Below are positions 45,488 through 54,257 of a stretch of DNA of 64,000 nucleotides, piece after piece. The notes below the pieces were generated by a model. It ran no database searches. It had not been told where the DNA came from and worked only from the letters and a program-made list of their open reading frames with translations. A program made the translations under genes and the position numbers. Origin of the DNA: Thermoplasmata archaeon (lineage in GTDB: Archaea > Thermoplasmatota > Thermoplasmata > UBA10834); contig JAEHCM010000001.1 of assembly GCA_020696365.1 (NCBI GenBank), positions 18,813 to 82,812 of the forward strand, in the 5' to 3' direction. How positions within the stretch are numbered: position 1 is the first letter of the stretch; each line of letters opens with the position of its first letter.

Positions 45488-46876
45488 GTGCCAGCTGGTC
45501 CCGATGCGACGACACGCAGCAGCACCTATGACGAAGTCTGTGCGAACTGCGGTACGTCGATTCCCGGGCAGGGGTCATACTGCCCAAACTGCGGTAGTCC
45601 GAAGCCGTCGCTCATGAAAACTGTCGAGCACGGCCACTCTTACATTGCACCTCCGCCTGGACCCCAGATGTTCGATTATTACAGGCAGGGGAGACGGGAA
45701 GTACGATCGTGGAGAGACATCGTACGGTCGATCTCCGCGATCGTCATGATATCCTTCGGAGTGTATCTGGTTGTATGCCTGGCCACACTCCTGTACGGGA
45801 TGGATTTGGTGTTTCCCGAGCTGGAGACACGGTCTTTCACTCTTCACGTCGTGTTCTTTGAGGTCCTGCCCTTCGTCACGATGAGTGGGGCATTGCTGTA
45901 CGGATGGTATCTCTTCCTCGTGTCCGCAATAATCCTGTCCGCGATATGGGTGTTCCTCAGCAGCGCACGCGGATTCGTCGGCGAACTCACGATGAAGAGC
46001 GCAGCCAGGGACCACAGCCCGTTCTTCGACATGTGCGGTCTCATGTTTGCGGTGTTCTTCATCAACACGGCCATCGTGCTCGCGATGATGGCCATCGGCA
46101 GCGAGGTGGCTGACCCCATCGAGGAAGCGGAGACTTGGGAGCTGTTACTCCTACTGGCGAACGCATCAGTGTGGGAGGAGCTCATCATCAGAGTGTTGAT
46201 GATCGGCCTTCCGTTGATCGCGGTCGACGCTGCCATGCGACGGGGCTTAAGGAAACCTCACAAGTACGTACTTGGAGGTGGCATATCGATCGGCCGAGTC
46301 GAGGTCGCACTGATCCTCGTGTCCTCCGTCATATTCGGGTTCGGGCACCTCGAAGGGTGGGGCGTATGGAAGGTGTTCCCATCCGGCCTGGCGGGCGTAG
46401 CTTTCGGGTACATATATCTCAGGCACGGGCTGGCGGCGTCGATTCTGCTTCACTTCTCGTTCGACTACTTATCGATGCCTTTGCTCGTATTCGACGGCTC
46501 GCTCGCATTGACGCTGACCGTTGGAATCGGCATTCTCCTCTGGGTCGGTCTCGGCCTCCTGTTCGCCATATACTTCACGATTCGAATAGTGGAGTTCCTG
46601 AGGGGAAGAACGCTCTTCGACCCTGAAAGAAGGGGAGCGATGGCACCCGTTCCCGCAGGACCAATGTACCGGCAGCCCCAACCTGCACGTCAACCCGACG
46701 GTTGGGTGGGAGCGGATCGGCCGTCGACCCGTGAAAGCCCCCGCTTCAGCGACGGAGGTGGTGCGATGTCGCCCCCCTCAGGGAGCTACTTCATCTGTCC
46801 GGTCTGCGGTTCCACCGGGGCGAGATGGATGGAGGGTAAGCTGCAGTGCTTGAGCTGTGGGAGGCTATTCGAGTAG
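45488..46876 (+). CDS. CPBP-family (CAAX/Abi-type) intramembrane glutamic protease flanked by N- and C-terminal zinc ribbons
   Basis: N-terminal CANCGTSIPGQGSYCPNCG; CPBP motifs VWEELIIRV, FGFGHLEG, LLHFSFD; C-terminal CPVCGSTGARWMEGKLQCLSCG. GTG start. Confidence 0.8.
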   Translation: MPAGPDATTRSSTYDEVCANCGTSIPGQGSYCPNCGSPKPSLMKTVEHGHSYIAPPPGPQMFDYYRQGRREVRSWRDIVRSISAIVMISFGVYLVVCLATLLYGMDLVFPELETRSFTLHVVFFEVLPFVTMSGALLYGWYLFLVSAIILSAIWVFLSSARGFVGELTMKSAARDHSPFFDMCGLMFAVFFINTAIVLAMMAIGSEVADPIEEAETWELLLLLANASVWEELIIRVLMIGLPLIAVDAAMRRGLRKPHKYVLGGGISIGRVEVALILVSSVIFGFGHLEGWGVWKVFPSGLAGVAFGYIYLRHGLAASILLHFSFDYLSMPLLVFDGSLALTLTVGIGILLWVGLGLLFAIYFTIRIVEFLRGRTLFDPERRGAMAPVPAGPMYRQPQPARQPDGWVGADRPSTRESPRFSDGGGAMSPPSGSYFICPVCGSTGARWMEGKLQCLSCGRLFE

Positions 46877-47626
46877 GCTGGCAAGAACACGCTTGCTCGA
46901 CACACCGCTGTCAAGGCCACCAGATTCTATTATCAAGTTCCCGTCGTAGCCTCCACGGTCTATCGATGTCAGGATCCTGGGGAGGTCCGCGCTCCCATGG
47001 TCGACCCGATTGTGCTGGTCCCACGAGCCGTCGTTGTTGTGCAGATGGACGTTCCGGAACATGTCAACATGTTCGAGCAGGGCGTCCACCTGTTCCGCGG
47101 TGTTCGCGTGCCCCATATCGAAACAGACTCCCAGCTCGGTGCCCTCGATCACCTCAAGGAGTTCCGCCGCGGTGGTGCATGTGGCGTTGATACCTTTCGG
47201 CATGTTCTCCAGCGCAACGGTGACCGAGTTCTCTGTGGCTGCTACGGATATACTCTTCAGGGACTTCTTCATCTGGGACACGACCGATGGCCGGTCCAGG
47301 AAGGCGATCCCCGTGATGAACGCCGGGTGGATTGTGAGAACCGGGATGTTCTGCCTTCTGCAGAACTCCGCCGTGCGGATGATGTCGTCGACCGCGGCTA
47401 GTCTCATCCGCTCGTAGACGCTGCCTATGTTGACATCGCTCATGGGACCATGCACCTGGAAGCGCACGTCGTACGAGTGTGCCGCCTCAGCTATCATGGG
47501 CTCCACCTTCTCGATCGTGTGCTCGCCCTCCACCAGCACCTCCCAAAGCTGGAATTGCCTGGATATCTCCTCCAGCATCCTGGAGAAGTCCTGGAAACAG
47601 AACGAGGGGGAGGCGACGCCGATCAC
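46865..47626 (-). CDS. Xylose-isomerase-like TIM-barrel protein (sugar phosphate isomerase/epimerase or AP endonuclease 2 family)
   Basis: LTIHP, VALENMP, CFDMGHAN, HLHNNDG, IIES metal-ligand pattern. Confidence 0.8.
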   Translation of the reverse strand: MIGVASPSFCFQDFSRMLEEISRQFQLWEVLVEGEHTIEKVEPMIAEAAHSYDVRFQVHGPMSDVNIGSVYERMRLAAVDDIIRTAEFCRRQNIPVLTIHPAFITGIAFLDRPSVVSQMKKSLKSISVAATENSVTVALENMPKGINATCTTAAELLEVIEGTELGVCFDMGHANTAEQVDALLEHVDMFRNVHLHNNDGSWDQHNRVDHGSADLPRILTSIDRGGYDGNLIIESGGLDSGVSSKRVLASLLE

Positions 47627-48006
47627 GAGCCGCCCTCCTCTGATGAGGGCTTCGGTGCGATGACATCGATCAGGCGGGCTATGTCCTCGGCCCTGATCAC
47701 TACCTCGATATCACCGAGGGGTTGCTCCCCGACCGCGAAGGACACCTTCCCGAGCGACGCGACCTGTTTGTTGAGTTTGAAGTGCGTCTCCTCTCCACTC
47801 ATGCCTCTTCGGAGCATCTTCCTCGCCGCCGACCGGATGCGCTGCCTGGCCAGCTGCTCGGCGAAGACATCTACGCTGCCGGCCCTCGCGGTCATCGGGT
47901 CGTCGCCCTCCACCACCGCATCGGGGAAAAGCTTCGTGATAGCCTCCGCGATGGTCGCCCTCTCCTCCGTCGGAAAGCATCTGACGACCATCCGGATATC
48001 GGGCAT
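47623..48006 (-). CDS. UPF0201 / COG1931 putative RNA-binding protein
   Basis: VRCFPTEE...KLFPD, LARQRIRSAARKML, HFKLNKQVASLGKVSF. 4-nt overlap with the downstream TIM-barrel gene. Confidence 0.7.
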   Translation of the reverse strand: MPDIRMVVRCFPTEERATIAEAITKLFPDAVVEGDDPMTARAGSVDVFAEQLARQRIRSAARKMLRRGMSGEETHFKLNKQVASLGKVSFAVGEQPLGDIEVVIRAEDIARLIDVIAPKPSSEEGGS

Positions 48007-48258
48007 TGGCCAGCCATGCCCGGAAAGATATTTAACCTTGCGTTCTCGCGACGTGAAACCGTGCCACTTGAAGCGTTCCCCGGCCCTTCTCGTCCGTCCC
48101 CCAAACCTCTTTCATTTTTCTCTATGGCCTTTTCTCACGGAATGGTGGGCCCAACCGGATTCCAAGCCCCCGGACCGACCTGGACCTGATTCGTCATCTG
48201 GGGACCTCTGGGGAGATGGCCTCAGGTACCCCCCATCGATGGCCTATCGGCGCCGGCG

Positions 48259-50568
48259 CTAAGCATCGGGCTTGTTGCGCCTGATCAGCATGACCGCGAG
48301 CACTGCAGCGACTATCAGGGCTATCGTGACCGCTGCGACGTATGGCAACATGCTCGTGCTGGTGGCTCTCTCCGTGACCGTGACCGTGGTCCCATCGTAC
48401 CCCTTCAGGCCCTGTTCATCGGATACAGTGAGGTTGACCGCGTACTCCCCCTCGATTTCGAAGACGAACTCGACCGTTTCCCCGTACAGCTCGATCGTCT
48501 CCTCGTCGTACTCGAAGGTCCAGGTGTAGTTCTCTATCCCCACGTCATCCGATGACCCCGACGCATCGAGGTCGGCCGCCTCGCTGGTCGCGACCTCGAG
48601 ATCGGGTCCAGCGTCGGCCACCGGTGGTTCGTTCGGGTCGGAGACGTATACTGTCACAGTGTCCGTGTCGGAGTTCCCTGCCGCATCCGATATCTCAAGC
48701 GTGAAGGTGTAGGTTGCCTCGGATTCGAAAGTCATCTCCACCTCTGCGACGTCCGCCTCCCATGTCTGCATCTCTCCGCACGACCACAGATATGAGTCTA
48801 TCCCCACATTGTCGGAGGAGCCGGTGCCGTCGAGGGTGAAGGTCTCTCCGATGAGGACGTGGATGTCCTCGCCAGCATCTGCGACCGGAGCCGTCTCGTC
48901 AGTGACTGTGACCAGGACGAGGTCTGGTTCCGACGTCTGCGCGGCGTCGTCCACGACCACAAGCTCCACATGGTATGTGCCCGGTTCCTCGAAAGTGTAG
49001 GTGAACTCCGATTCGGAAGAGAGTTCCTCCAGCTCCACGATCGTCCAGGAGTAGTCGACGACCTTCCCGTCCTCGTCGTACGAGTCGCCACCGTCGAAGG
49101 TCACGGGCATGTCCTCAGGGACCGTGAGTTCCGCGGGTCCGGCCTCCGCGACCGGGATCTCATCAGCTTCCACCGTGATGTAGACGATGTCCGAATCCTC
49201 ATTGTGCCCGCCATCGCGCACGGTCAAGGTGACTCTGTGCGACCCTATCTCCAGAAATTCGTAGGAGACGACCTCTCCATACTCGATGATGTCCACCCCA
49301 TCGTCTTCGAATTCCCAGGTGTAGTTGTCCACCCCGACATTGTCGCTCGAGCCAGAACCCACCAAGGTCACCTCGTCTCCGATCTTGATTGTCTGGTCTT
49401 CCCCGGCGTCCGCTCTCGGGCGCTCCGTGTCCACGGTGAACAGCTCCACCGTCCCATTAATGTTGTAAGCCTCGTCAATCGCGTAGAGCAGGACGATGTA
49501 CTCGCCGCTGGGGGCTATTTTGTCGGGTTCGAAGGTCAGCCCGACCACGCTCCTCTGGTCGCGGACCGCAATGCTCGGGCGTAGATATGCCATCTCTTCG
49601 AAGGTCATTGACGAATCCAGACACCACGGTGATGCGACCAAGAGCGGTGCGATTTCTCCGTCCGGATCGTTCGGAGGAGCATCGGGTATCGATGCTGGCT
49701 CGAGAGTAGTCAGATTGACGAACTCAAATCCCCTGTATCGCCCCGTGAGAGAGTCGAACCATGCAAATCCCTCCTCCATCGAGAGCGTGTCGTTGTGGTA
49801 GTAGCTGGCGAAGCCGACACAGAAGTCGATCGTGCGTATAGTGCTCACGGGCAGGTACTCACTGGCAGTATCGTTGACCAGATACCCCGCGCGCGGCAGA
49901 GTGGCCTGCCATTCGCAGGTCCCTTCGAGCACATCGTCCTCGTATATCAGATCGAAGTCGAGGTCCCCTATGACAATCCCAGGAGGCACGCTAGCAGCGC
50001 CGAGGTTCATCAACGTGAAGTTGAGCCAGTCGTCCGTCCTATCCAGGACCGACCCGATCATGACTCCGACATTCATGAGATTGAAATCCTCGACGACCAT
50101 GCTAACGGTGAGAGGGTCGTGTGCCGAGACGTTGTGGTCAGGATCGATGGTCATGGACACCTTCGGCACCGTGGGTTCGGCCTCCAGCTCGATGTCCAGC
50201 CGGTAGTCGCTCATTCCTGTGGTGTCGATGAAATCCATGAACGAAAGATATCCCGTCATGTTGCACCCGACGAGGAGAGTGGACCGATTGGCAGGTAGCT
50301 CGTAGTATCCTGTATCGTTCGTCACTGTGTAGTTCACCCAGAGCTCCTCGGTCGAGATGAACAGAACCATGGCTCCGCCGATCCCCTCGTGAGTGACGGA
50401 ATCGTTCACCCATCCGTGCAGGAGGCATACTGGCTCTGCCGATGGTGACGCTCTTATGCTGTCCTGAGCCGACATGCCACCAGCGAACGGGCTCAAGACC
50501 AATGCCGTTGTCACCACAACGACCACCAACGCCATCAACGCGCCTGAGATGCATATCGATCTCTCCAT
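48259..50568 (-). CDS. Secreted 769-aa surface protein with ~4 PKD domains and a C-terminal TM anchor
   Basis: Signal ALMALVVVVVTTALVLSPFAGGMSA. PKD-type motifs VTLVGSGSSDNVGVDNYTWEF, VTFDGGDSYDEDGKVVDYSWTI, FTLDGTGSSDNVGIDSYLWSC, LDASGSSDDVGIENYTWTF. Anchor VAAVTIALIVAAVLAVMLIRRNK. Confidence 0.85.
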   Translation of the reverse strand: MERSICISGALMALVVVVVTTALVLSPFAGGMSAQDSIRASPSAEPVCLLHGWVNDSVTHEGIGGAMVLFISTEELWVNYTVTNDTGYYELPANRSTLLVGCNMTGYLSFMDFIDTTGMSDYRLDIELEAEPTVPKVSMTIDPDHNVSAHDPLTVSMVVEDFNLMNVGVMIGSVLDRTDDWLNFTLMNLGAASVPPGIVIGDLDFDLIYEDDVLEGTCEWQATLPRAGYLVNDTASEYLPVSTIRTIDFCVGFASYYHNDTLSMEEGFAWFDSLTGRYRGFEFVNLTTLEPASIPDAPPNDPDGEIAPLLVASPWCLDSSMTFEEMAYLRPSIAVRDQRSVVGLTFEPDKIAPSGEYIVLLYAIDEAYNINGTVELFTVDTERPRADAGEDQTIKIGDEVTLVGSGSSDNVGVDNYTWEFEDDGVDIIEYGEVVSYEFLEIGSHRVTLTVRDGGHNEDSDIVYITVEADEIPVAEAGPAELTVPEDMPVTFDGGDSYDEDGKVVDYSWTIVELEELSSESEFTYTFEEPGTYHVELVVVDDAAQTSEPDLVLVTVTDETAPVADAGEDIHVLIGETFTLDGTGSSDNVGIDSYLWSCGEMQTWEADVAEVEMTFESEATYTFTLEISDAAGNSDTDTVTVYVSDPNEPPVADAGPDLEVATSEAADLDASGSSDDVGIENYTWTFEYDEETIELYGETVEFVFEIEGEYAVNLTVSDEQGLKGYDGTTVTVTERATSTSMLPYVAAVTIALIVAAVLAVMLIRRNKPDA

Positions 50569-50624
50569 TCCGAACCACCTTACGCCCTCGGACGTACCAG
50601 CCTATATTTAAACCGCTCCCAAGA

Positions 50625-50743
50625 ATGCCAGGCTACCCCGGTACAAAAAACGCATTGATTTCTCGGACAGACGATTATACTGGCTATGTGTAGGAGTGGG
50701 GGCAGAGGGAGTTGAACCTCTTCCAAGCTAGCATGTCGGAAGT
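50625..50743 (+). repeat. Direct repeat copy 1 (119 bp): last 22 codons of an integrase-like ORF plus a 50-bp tRNA-like 3' fragment (minus sense)
   Basis: Hand alignment with 52344-52462 gives 106/119 identical. It encodes ...ALISRTDDYTGYV then a stop, followed by GAGTGGGGGCAGAGGGAGTTGAACCTCT. Confidence 0.8.
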
Positions 50744-50873
50744 ACCCGAAGACCAAGCAGGGTTCGAGAGCACGGTGGTTCACGGCGCGAACTCCTGGAA
50801 AAGTATCTAAAGGGTGACCCTTATTACCGCCACGGTGGGTCAGTCACGATGACTGGAACACAGGGGGGACAAT

Positions 50874-52049
50874 ATGAATTGGGTATCACGTAGGGCGTTG
50901 ACCTGCGCTGGGATAGTCTTCTGTATGATCATGCCCGCAGTCTTGATTGCGGGCGGGCCAATAGGAAGAGCATCAGCCGAGACTAGTGCCTCATGGACCA
51001 TAGGACTGTATATAGACGCCGACAACGACTTCGATACGTACTGGGAAGGACTCAGTCTGCTGTACCTGCAGGACATACCGGCAAGCTCGGAAGTCAACAT
51101 CGTCGCCTTCGTCGACAGAATGGCCTACGAGGGAACAGAGATATGGGAGATTGAAGGGAGCAACGCTCAAATCGTCGAGACATTGCCAGAAATGAACTTC
51201 GGCGACGGAGCTACCCTTAGCTGGATGATAAGCGAGACTTCGACGCGTTATCCTTCGGACCACCTGCTGATAGATCTCTGGGACCATGGCAGCGCATGGA
51301 ACGGATTCTGTGGAGATTACACATCAGACGACTGGATATACCTCGACGAGTTGAAATCGGCCATAGTCGATGCTGGCGCATACATCGATATCCTCTCCTG
51401 CGACGCCTGCTCAATGTCGAGCGTAGAGACTCTGTATACAGTCTCCTTGACGGGACTCGTGGACATAGTCGTCGCCTCTCTGGAGACGGTCGCTGGAGAT
51501 GGGTTCCCGTACGACTTCATGTTCACGCCGGTCGCGCTGGACCCGACCAGGACTCCGGACCAGGTCGCGTCTGACATGATCGATGGGTGGGCACAGTATT
51601 ACGACCCGCAGAGCCAATACTTCTATGCCACGCTGGGAGCCGTCAGCCTGAGTAGCTTCGCTCAATCGATGAGCACCGTGGACGCATGGTGCGATGCTAT
51701 CGCCGCCAACCTTGATGCGTACTACAGGGCGTACAAGAGTGCGCTGAGGGACACATATTCGGTGTTCTACACGAAGTACCAGGTTGACATGGTGGACCTC
51801 GGGAACCAGCTCCTTGCGAACCCGGAGATCACAGACACCGCACTCAGGGCCCTGACCCAGGACATGATCACAGCTGTCGAGGACGCTGTGCTGTACCTTG
51901 ACAACGCTCCGAACACAATGATGTGCGGCGGCATAACTCTCTGGTGGGGGACAACTGTTGATTGGAGATCGTGGTCGAGTGTCTACGCTGGTTTGGATTT
52001 CCCAGCTTACACGGGATGGTACGACTTCCTGGTGGACTACAACAGCTGA
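50874..52049 (+). CDS. Secreted clostripain-like cysteine peptidase (C11), paralog 2
   Basis: Signal ALTCAGIVFCMIMPAVLIAGGPIGRASA; GLYIDADNDFD; His context IDLWDHGSAWNG; Cys context ILSCDACSMSSVE. Confidence 0.8.
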   Translation: MNWVSRRALTCAGIVFCMIMPAVLIAGGPIGRASAETSASWTIGLYIDADNDFDTYWEGLSLLYLQDIPASSEVNIVAFVDRMAYEGTEIWEIEGSNAQIVETLPEMNFGDGATLSWMISETSTRYPSDHLLIDLWDHGSAWNGFCGDYTSDDWIYLDELKSAIVDAGAYIDILSCDACSMSSVETLYTVSLTGLVDIVVASLETVAGDGFPYDFMFTPVALDPTRTPDQVASDMIDGWAQYYDPQSQYFYATLGAVSLSSFAQSMSTVDAWCDAIAANLDAYYRAYKSALRDTYSVFYTKYQVDMVDLGNQLLANPEITDTALRALTQDMITAVEDAVLYLDNAPNTMMCGGITLWWGTTVDWRSWSSVYAGLDFPAYTGWYDFLVDYNS

Positions 52050-52184
52050 GAGAAACCGATTAAACCTTGGAGAAGGGACGACCCCCTTCTCCCTACATTT
52101 TCATTACCCTCATCGTACGGACGACGATTCGCGAGGATCTGCAGAAGAGCAGTATCGGATGCAGTTGCTAGCTCAGAAGTCTGA

Positions 52185-52412
52185 GAGATTGCCTACGGGC
52201 AGATGCTCATCGATAGAGGCGAATCGATTGAGACTGCTTCTATAGCCCTTGGACATAGAAGCGTAAGGACCACGCAGGCGTACTATTGCCAAAAGAGCCT
52301 CGACACGGTGAACTCCGAGGTCCTGAGGGCCTTGGACGACGCCATGCCAGGCACCCCCGGTACAGAAAAAGCCTTGATTTCTCGGACGGACGATTACACT
52401 GGCTATGTGTAG
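52185..52412 (+). pseudogene. C-terminal fragment (~75 aa) of a tyrosine recombinase/integrase
   Basis: EIAYGQMLIDRGESIETASIALGHRSVRTTQAYY matches Box II (LGHxxxxxTxxY, catalytic Tyr). It is bounded upstream by an in-frame TGA at 52182, and I found no upstream catalytic Arg/His region in any frame. Confidence 0.7.
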
Positions 52413-52462
52413 GAGTGGGGGCAGAGGGATTTGAACCTCTGCCGAGCCAGTATGTCCGAAGT
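52344..52462 (+). repeat. Direct repeat copy 2 (119 bp), partner of 50625-50743
   Basis: Same layout as copy 1: the integrase 3' end, a stop at 52410-52412, then GAGTGGGGGCAGAGGGATTTGAACCTCT. Confidence 0.8.
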
Positions 52463-52637
52463 CTGAGAAAATCAATAGGAATTTCGTGCCGGGGACAAAC
52501 CCTTTCATTCTTTCTTCCGCCCCTATGGCCTTTTCTCAGAGCGACGAATCTCCGCCCGTGGCGCCGCGACAAGGACAAAGCATTGAACAACGAATAAGCG
52601 AGTCGTACGTACTTGTGCGCTGGACGGATTCGCAAAG

Positions 52638-52646
52638 ATATTTAAA
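52638..52646 (+). promoter_or_regulatory. Candidate TATA box for the PolD small-subunit gene
   Basis: ATATTTAAA is centred ~30 nt upstream of the ATG at 52672. Confidence 0.4.
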
Positions 52647-52671
52647 CACGTCCGCACTAGATTCGGAGGAA

Positions 52672-54123
52672 ATGGAGAAGACGATCCTCGGCGCCTTCAG
52701 CGAGAAAGGGATTCTTCTGGACCCGAGAGCGGTCGATGCTCTGACCAAGCTGCCGAACGCGGCCGAGTGCGCTGATAGGATAATCAACGACGGCGATAAC
52801 CGCCCGCTCGTCCTGACCGAGGAGGATGTGCTCAGATACGCTCTTGATGGAGATGGGGGAGCAGGTACGGCACGCGAAGCGGTCGTGCAACCGGAGGGGG
52901 CAAGAAAGCAGATAACCCCGGTTGAGTGGCGGGTCATCGTGCTCAAGGATATAACGGGCAATTCGACCTGTGTGGGGAACGTGATCGATTTCGCGAAGCT
53001 CTTCAACGACCGCTATTCCACGATCAAGAAGATGCTCTCCAAGAGGAGGGACCTCGCGGGTCTCATACCTATAACCAAGGTGAAGAAGCTTAAGAGGGAC
53101 CTCAGGTTCGCAGGCATAGTCAACGATTCGCGTACGACAAAGAACGGCCACACGATGATCGAGTTGGAGGACGAAACCGACAAGATTCAGGTCCTGGTGA
53201 TGAAGGACTCTCGTCGGGACGGTGAGACCTATCTCAAGGACGAGGTCCTGGGCGTCATAGGCGCGCTCAGCAAGGACGGCGAGATAGTCATGGCGAAGGA
53301 TATCGTCAGACCGGGGATCCCTCTGAGGAGAGTCATGACCCCCAACGGTTCCGATTCGATCGTCGCCTTCGTCTCGGACATTCACATTGGCAGCAACACG
53401 TTCCTAGAGAAGGAATGGAAGAGATTCATGGCCTGGCTGAAGGGGAGCGCCGTCGCGGAGGATGTGAAGTACATCGTCATGCCAGGGGACCTCGTGGACG
53501 GTATAGGGATATACCCGGGACAGGAGGACGAACTGGAGATCGACGACCTTTTTGACCAGTACTCGCTCCTAGCGGAGACCGTGAAGGAGTTCCCGGACTG
53601 GGTCCAGCTCGTCATGATGCCGGGGAACCATGATGCGGTTAGACTCGCTGAACCGCAGCCCGCACTGTCTGGGGACATCAAGGACCTCTTCGACTCGAAC
53701 GTGCGATTCGTAGGCAACCCCTGCTACATGGAGATAGAGGGGCGGACGATCCTTGCATACCATGGCAAGAGCATGGACGACTTCAACTCTAGCGTGCGAC
53801 ACTTGAACTACACCAACCCGCAGGAGGCGATGAAGGAGATGCTGAAGAGGAGACACCTCGCGCCAATCTATGGCGGCAAGACGCCTCTCGCACCGGAGCA
53901 GAAGGATTACATGGTGATCGACAGAGTTCCCGACATATTCGTCACCGGGCACGTGCACGTGTGCAGGATAGACGAGTACAGAGGTGTAAGATTGATCAAC
54001 GCTTCCGCGTGGCAGTCGCAGACCGCGTTCCAGCGCATGCACAACCAGATGCCGGACCCTGCAAGGGTGCCATTGGTGCATCTCGGGACGGGTGAGTGCT
54101 GGGTCGAGGATTTCACCTCGTAG
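52672..54123 (+). CDS. DNA polymerase II (PolD) small subunit DP1, Mre11-like phosphoesterase
   Basis: Start reset to MEKTILGAF. OB-fold region, then calcineurin-like motifs VSDIHIGS, MPGDLVDG, MPGNHD, GHVH. Confidence 0.9.
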   Translation: MEKTILGAFSEKGILLDPRAVDALTKLPNAAECADRIINDGDNRPLVLTEEDVLRYALDGDGGAGTAREAVVQPEGARKQITPVEWRVIVLKDITGNSTCVGNVIDFAKLFNDRYSTIKKMLSKRRDLAGLIPITKVKKLKRDLRFAGIVNDSRTTKNGHTMIELEDETDKIQVLVMKDSRRDGETYLKDEVLGVIGALSKDGEIVMAKDIVRPGIPLRRVMTPNGSDSIVAFVSDIHIGSNTFLEKEWKRFMAWLKGSAVAEDVKYIVMPGDLVDGIGIYPGQEDELEIDDLFDQYSLLAETVKEFPDWVQLVMMPGNHDAVRLAEPQPALSGDIKDLFDSNVRFVGNPCYMEIEGRTILAYHGKSMDDFNSSVRHLNYTNPQEAMKEMLKRRHLAPIYGGKTPLAPEQKDYMVIDRVPDIFVTGHVHVCRIDEYRGVRLINASAWQSQTAFQRMHNQMPDPARVPLVHLGTGECWVEDFTS

Positions 54124-54257
54124 GCCTCAGACGAACAATTCGCGTATGATGAAGAAGAACCCTATCGCTATGAACACGAGGCTCGACCAGAGGGCGATAA
54201 TGAAGAGTTTCATCAGGGTCTCCCTGTCGCGGAGAAGGTCCTCGATCGTCACGGTCG

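Larger units (their letters stand above)
50625..52462. mobile_element. Putative degenerate integrative-element remnant / att-bounded cassette carrying a C11 peptidase gene
   Basis: The 119-bp direct repeats bracket one intact gene plus an integrase fragment, and the tRNA-like sequence lies at the repeat cores. The interpretation is inference. Confidence 0.4.

Noticed and set aside
50693-50797. A complete tRNA or other structured RNA on the minus strand at repeat copy 1 (AGGAGT...ACTCCT could pair)
   Set aside because: It would be 105 nt with no canonical acceptor, D or anticodon arms. The T stem lacks one base pair, and no 5' strand complementary to TGCCCCC is present.
50625-52462. The 119-bp repeat pair as a diversity-generating retroelement TR/VR pair
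   Set aside because: Only 5 of the 13 differences sit at adenines in either copy, and the substitutions include transitions at C, G and T. No reverse transcriptase is nearby. The repeats also do not lie within the 3' end of a target gene.
54127-54213. A 28-aa hydrophobic mini-ORF (MKLFIIALWSSLVFIAIGFFFIIRELFV) just downstream of atpD
   Set aside because: It is too short to support without evidence of conservation or expression. I note it only as a candidate small membrane peptide.
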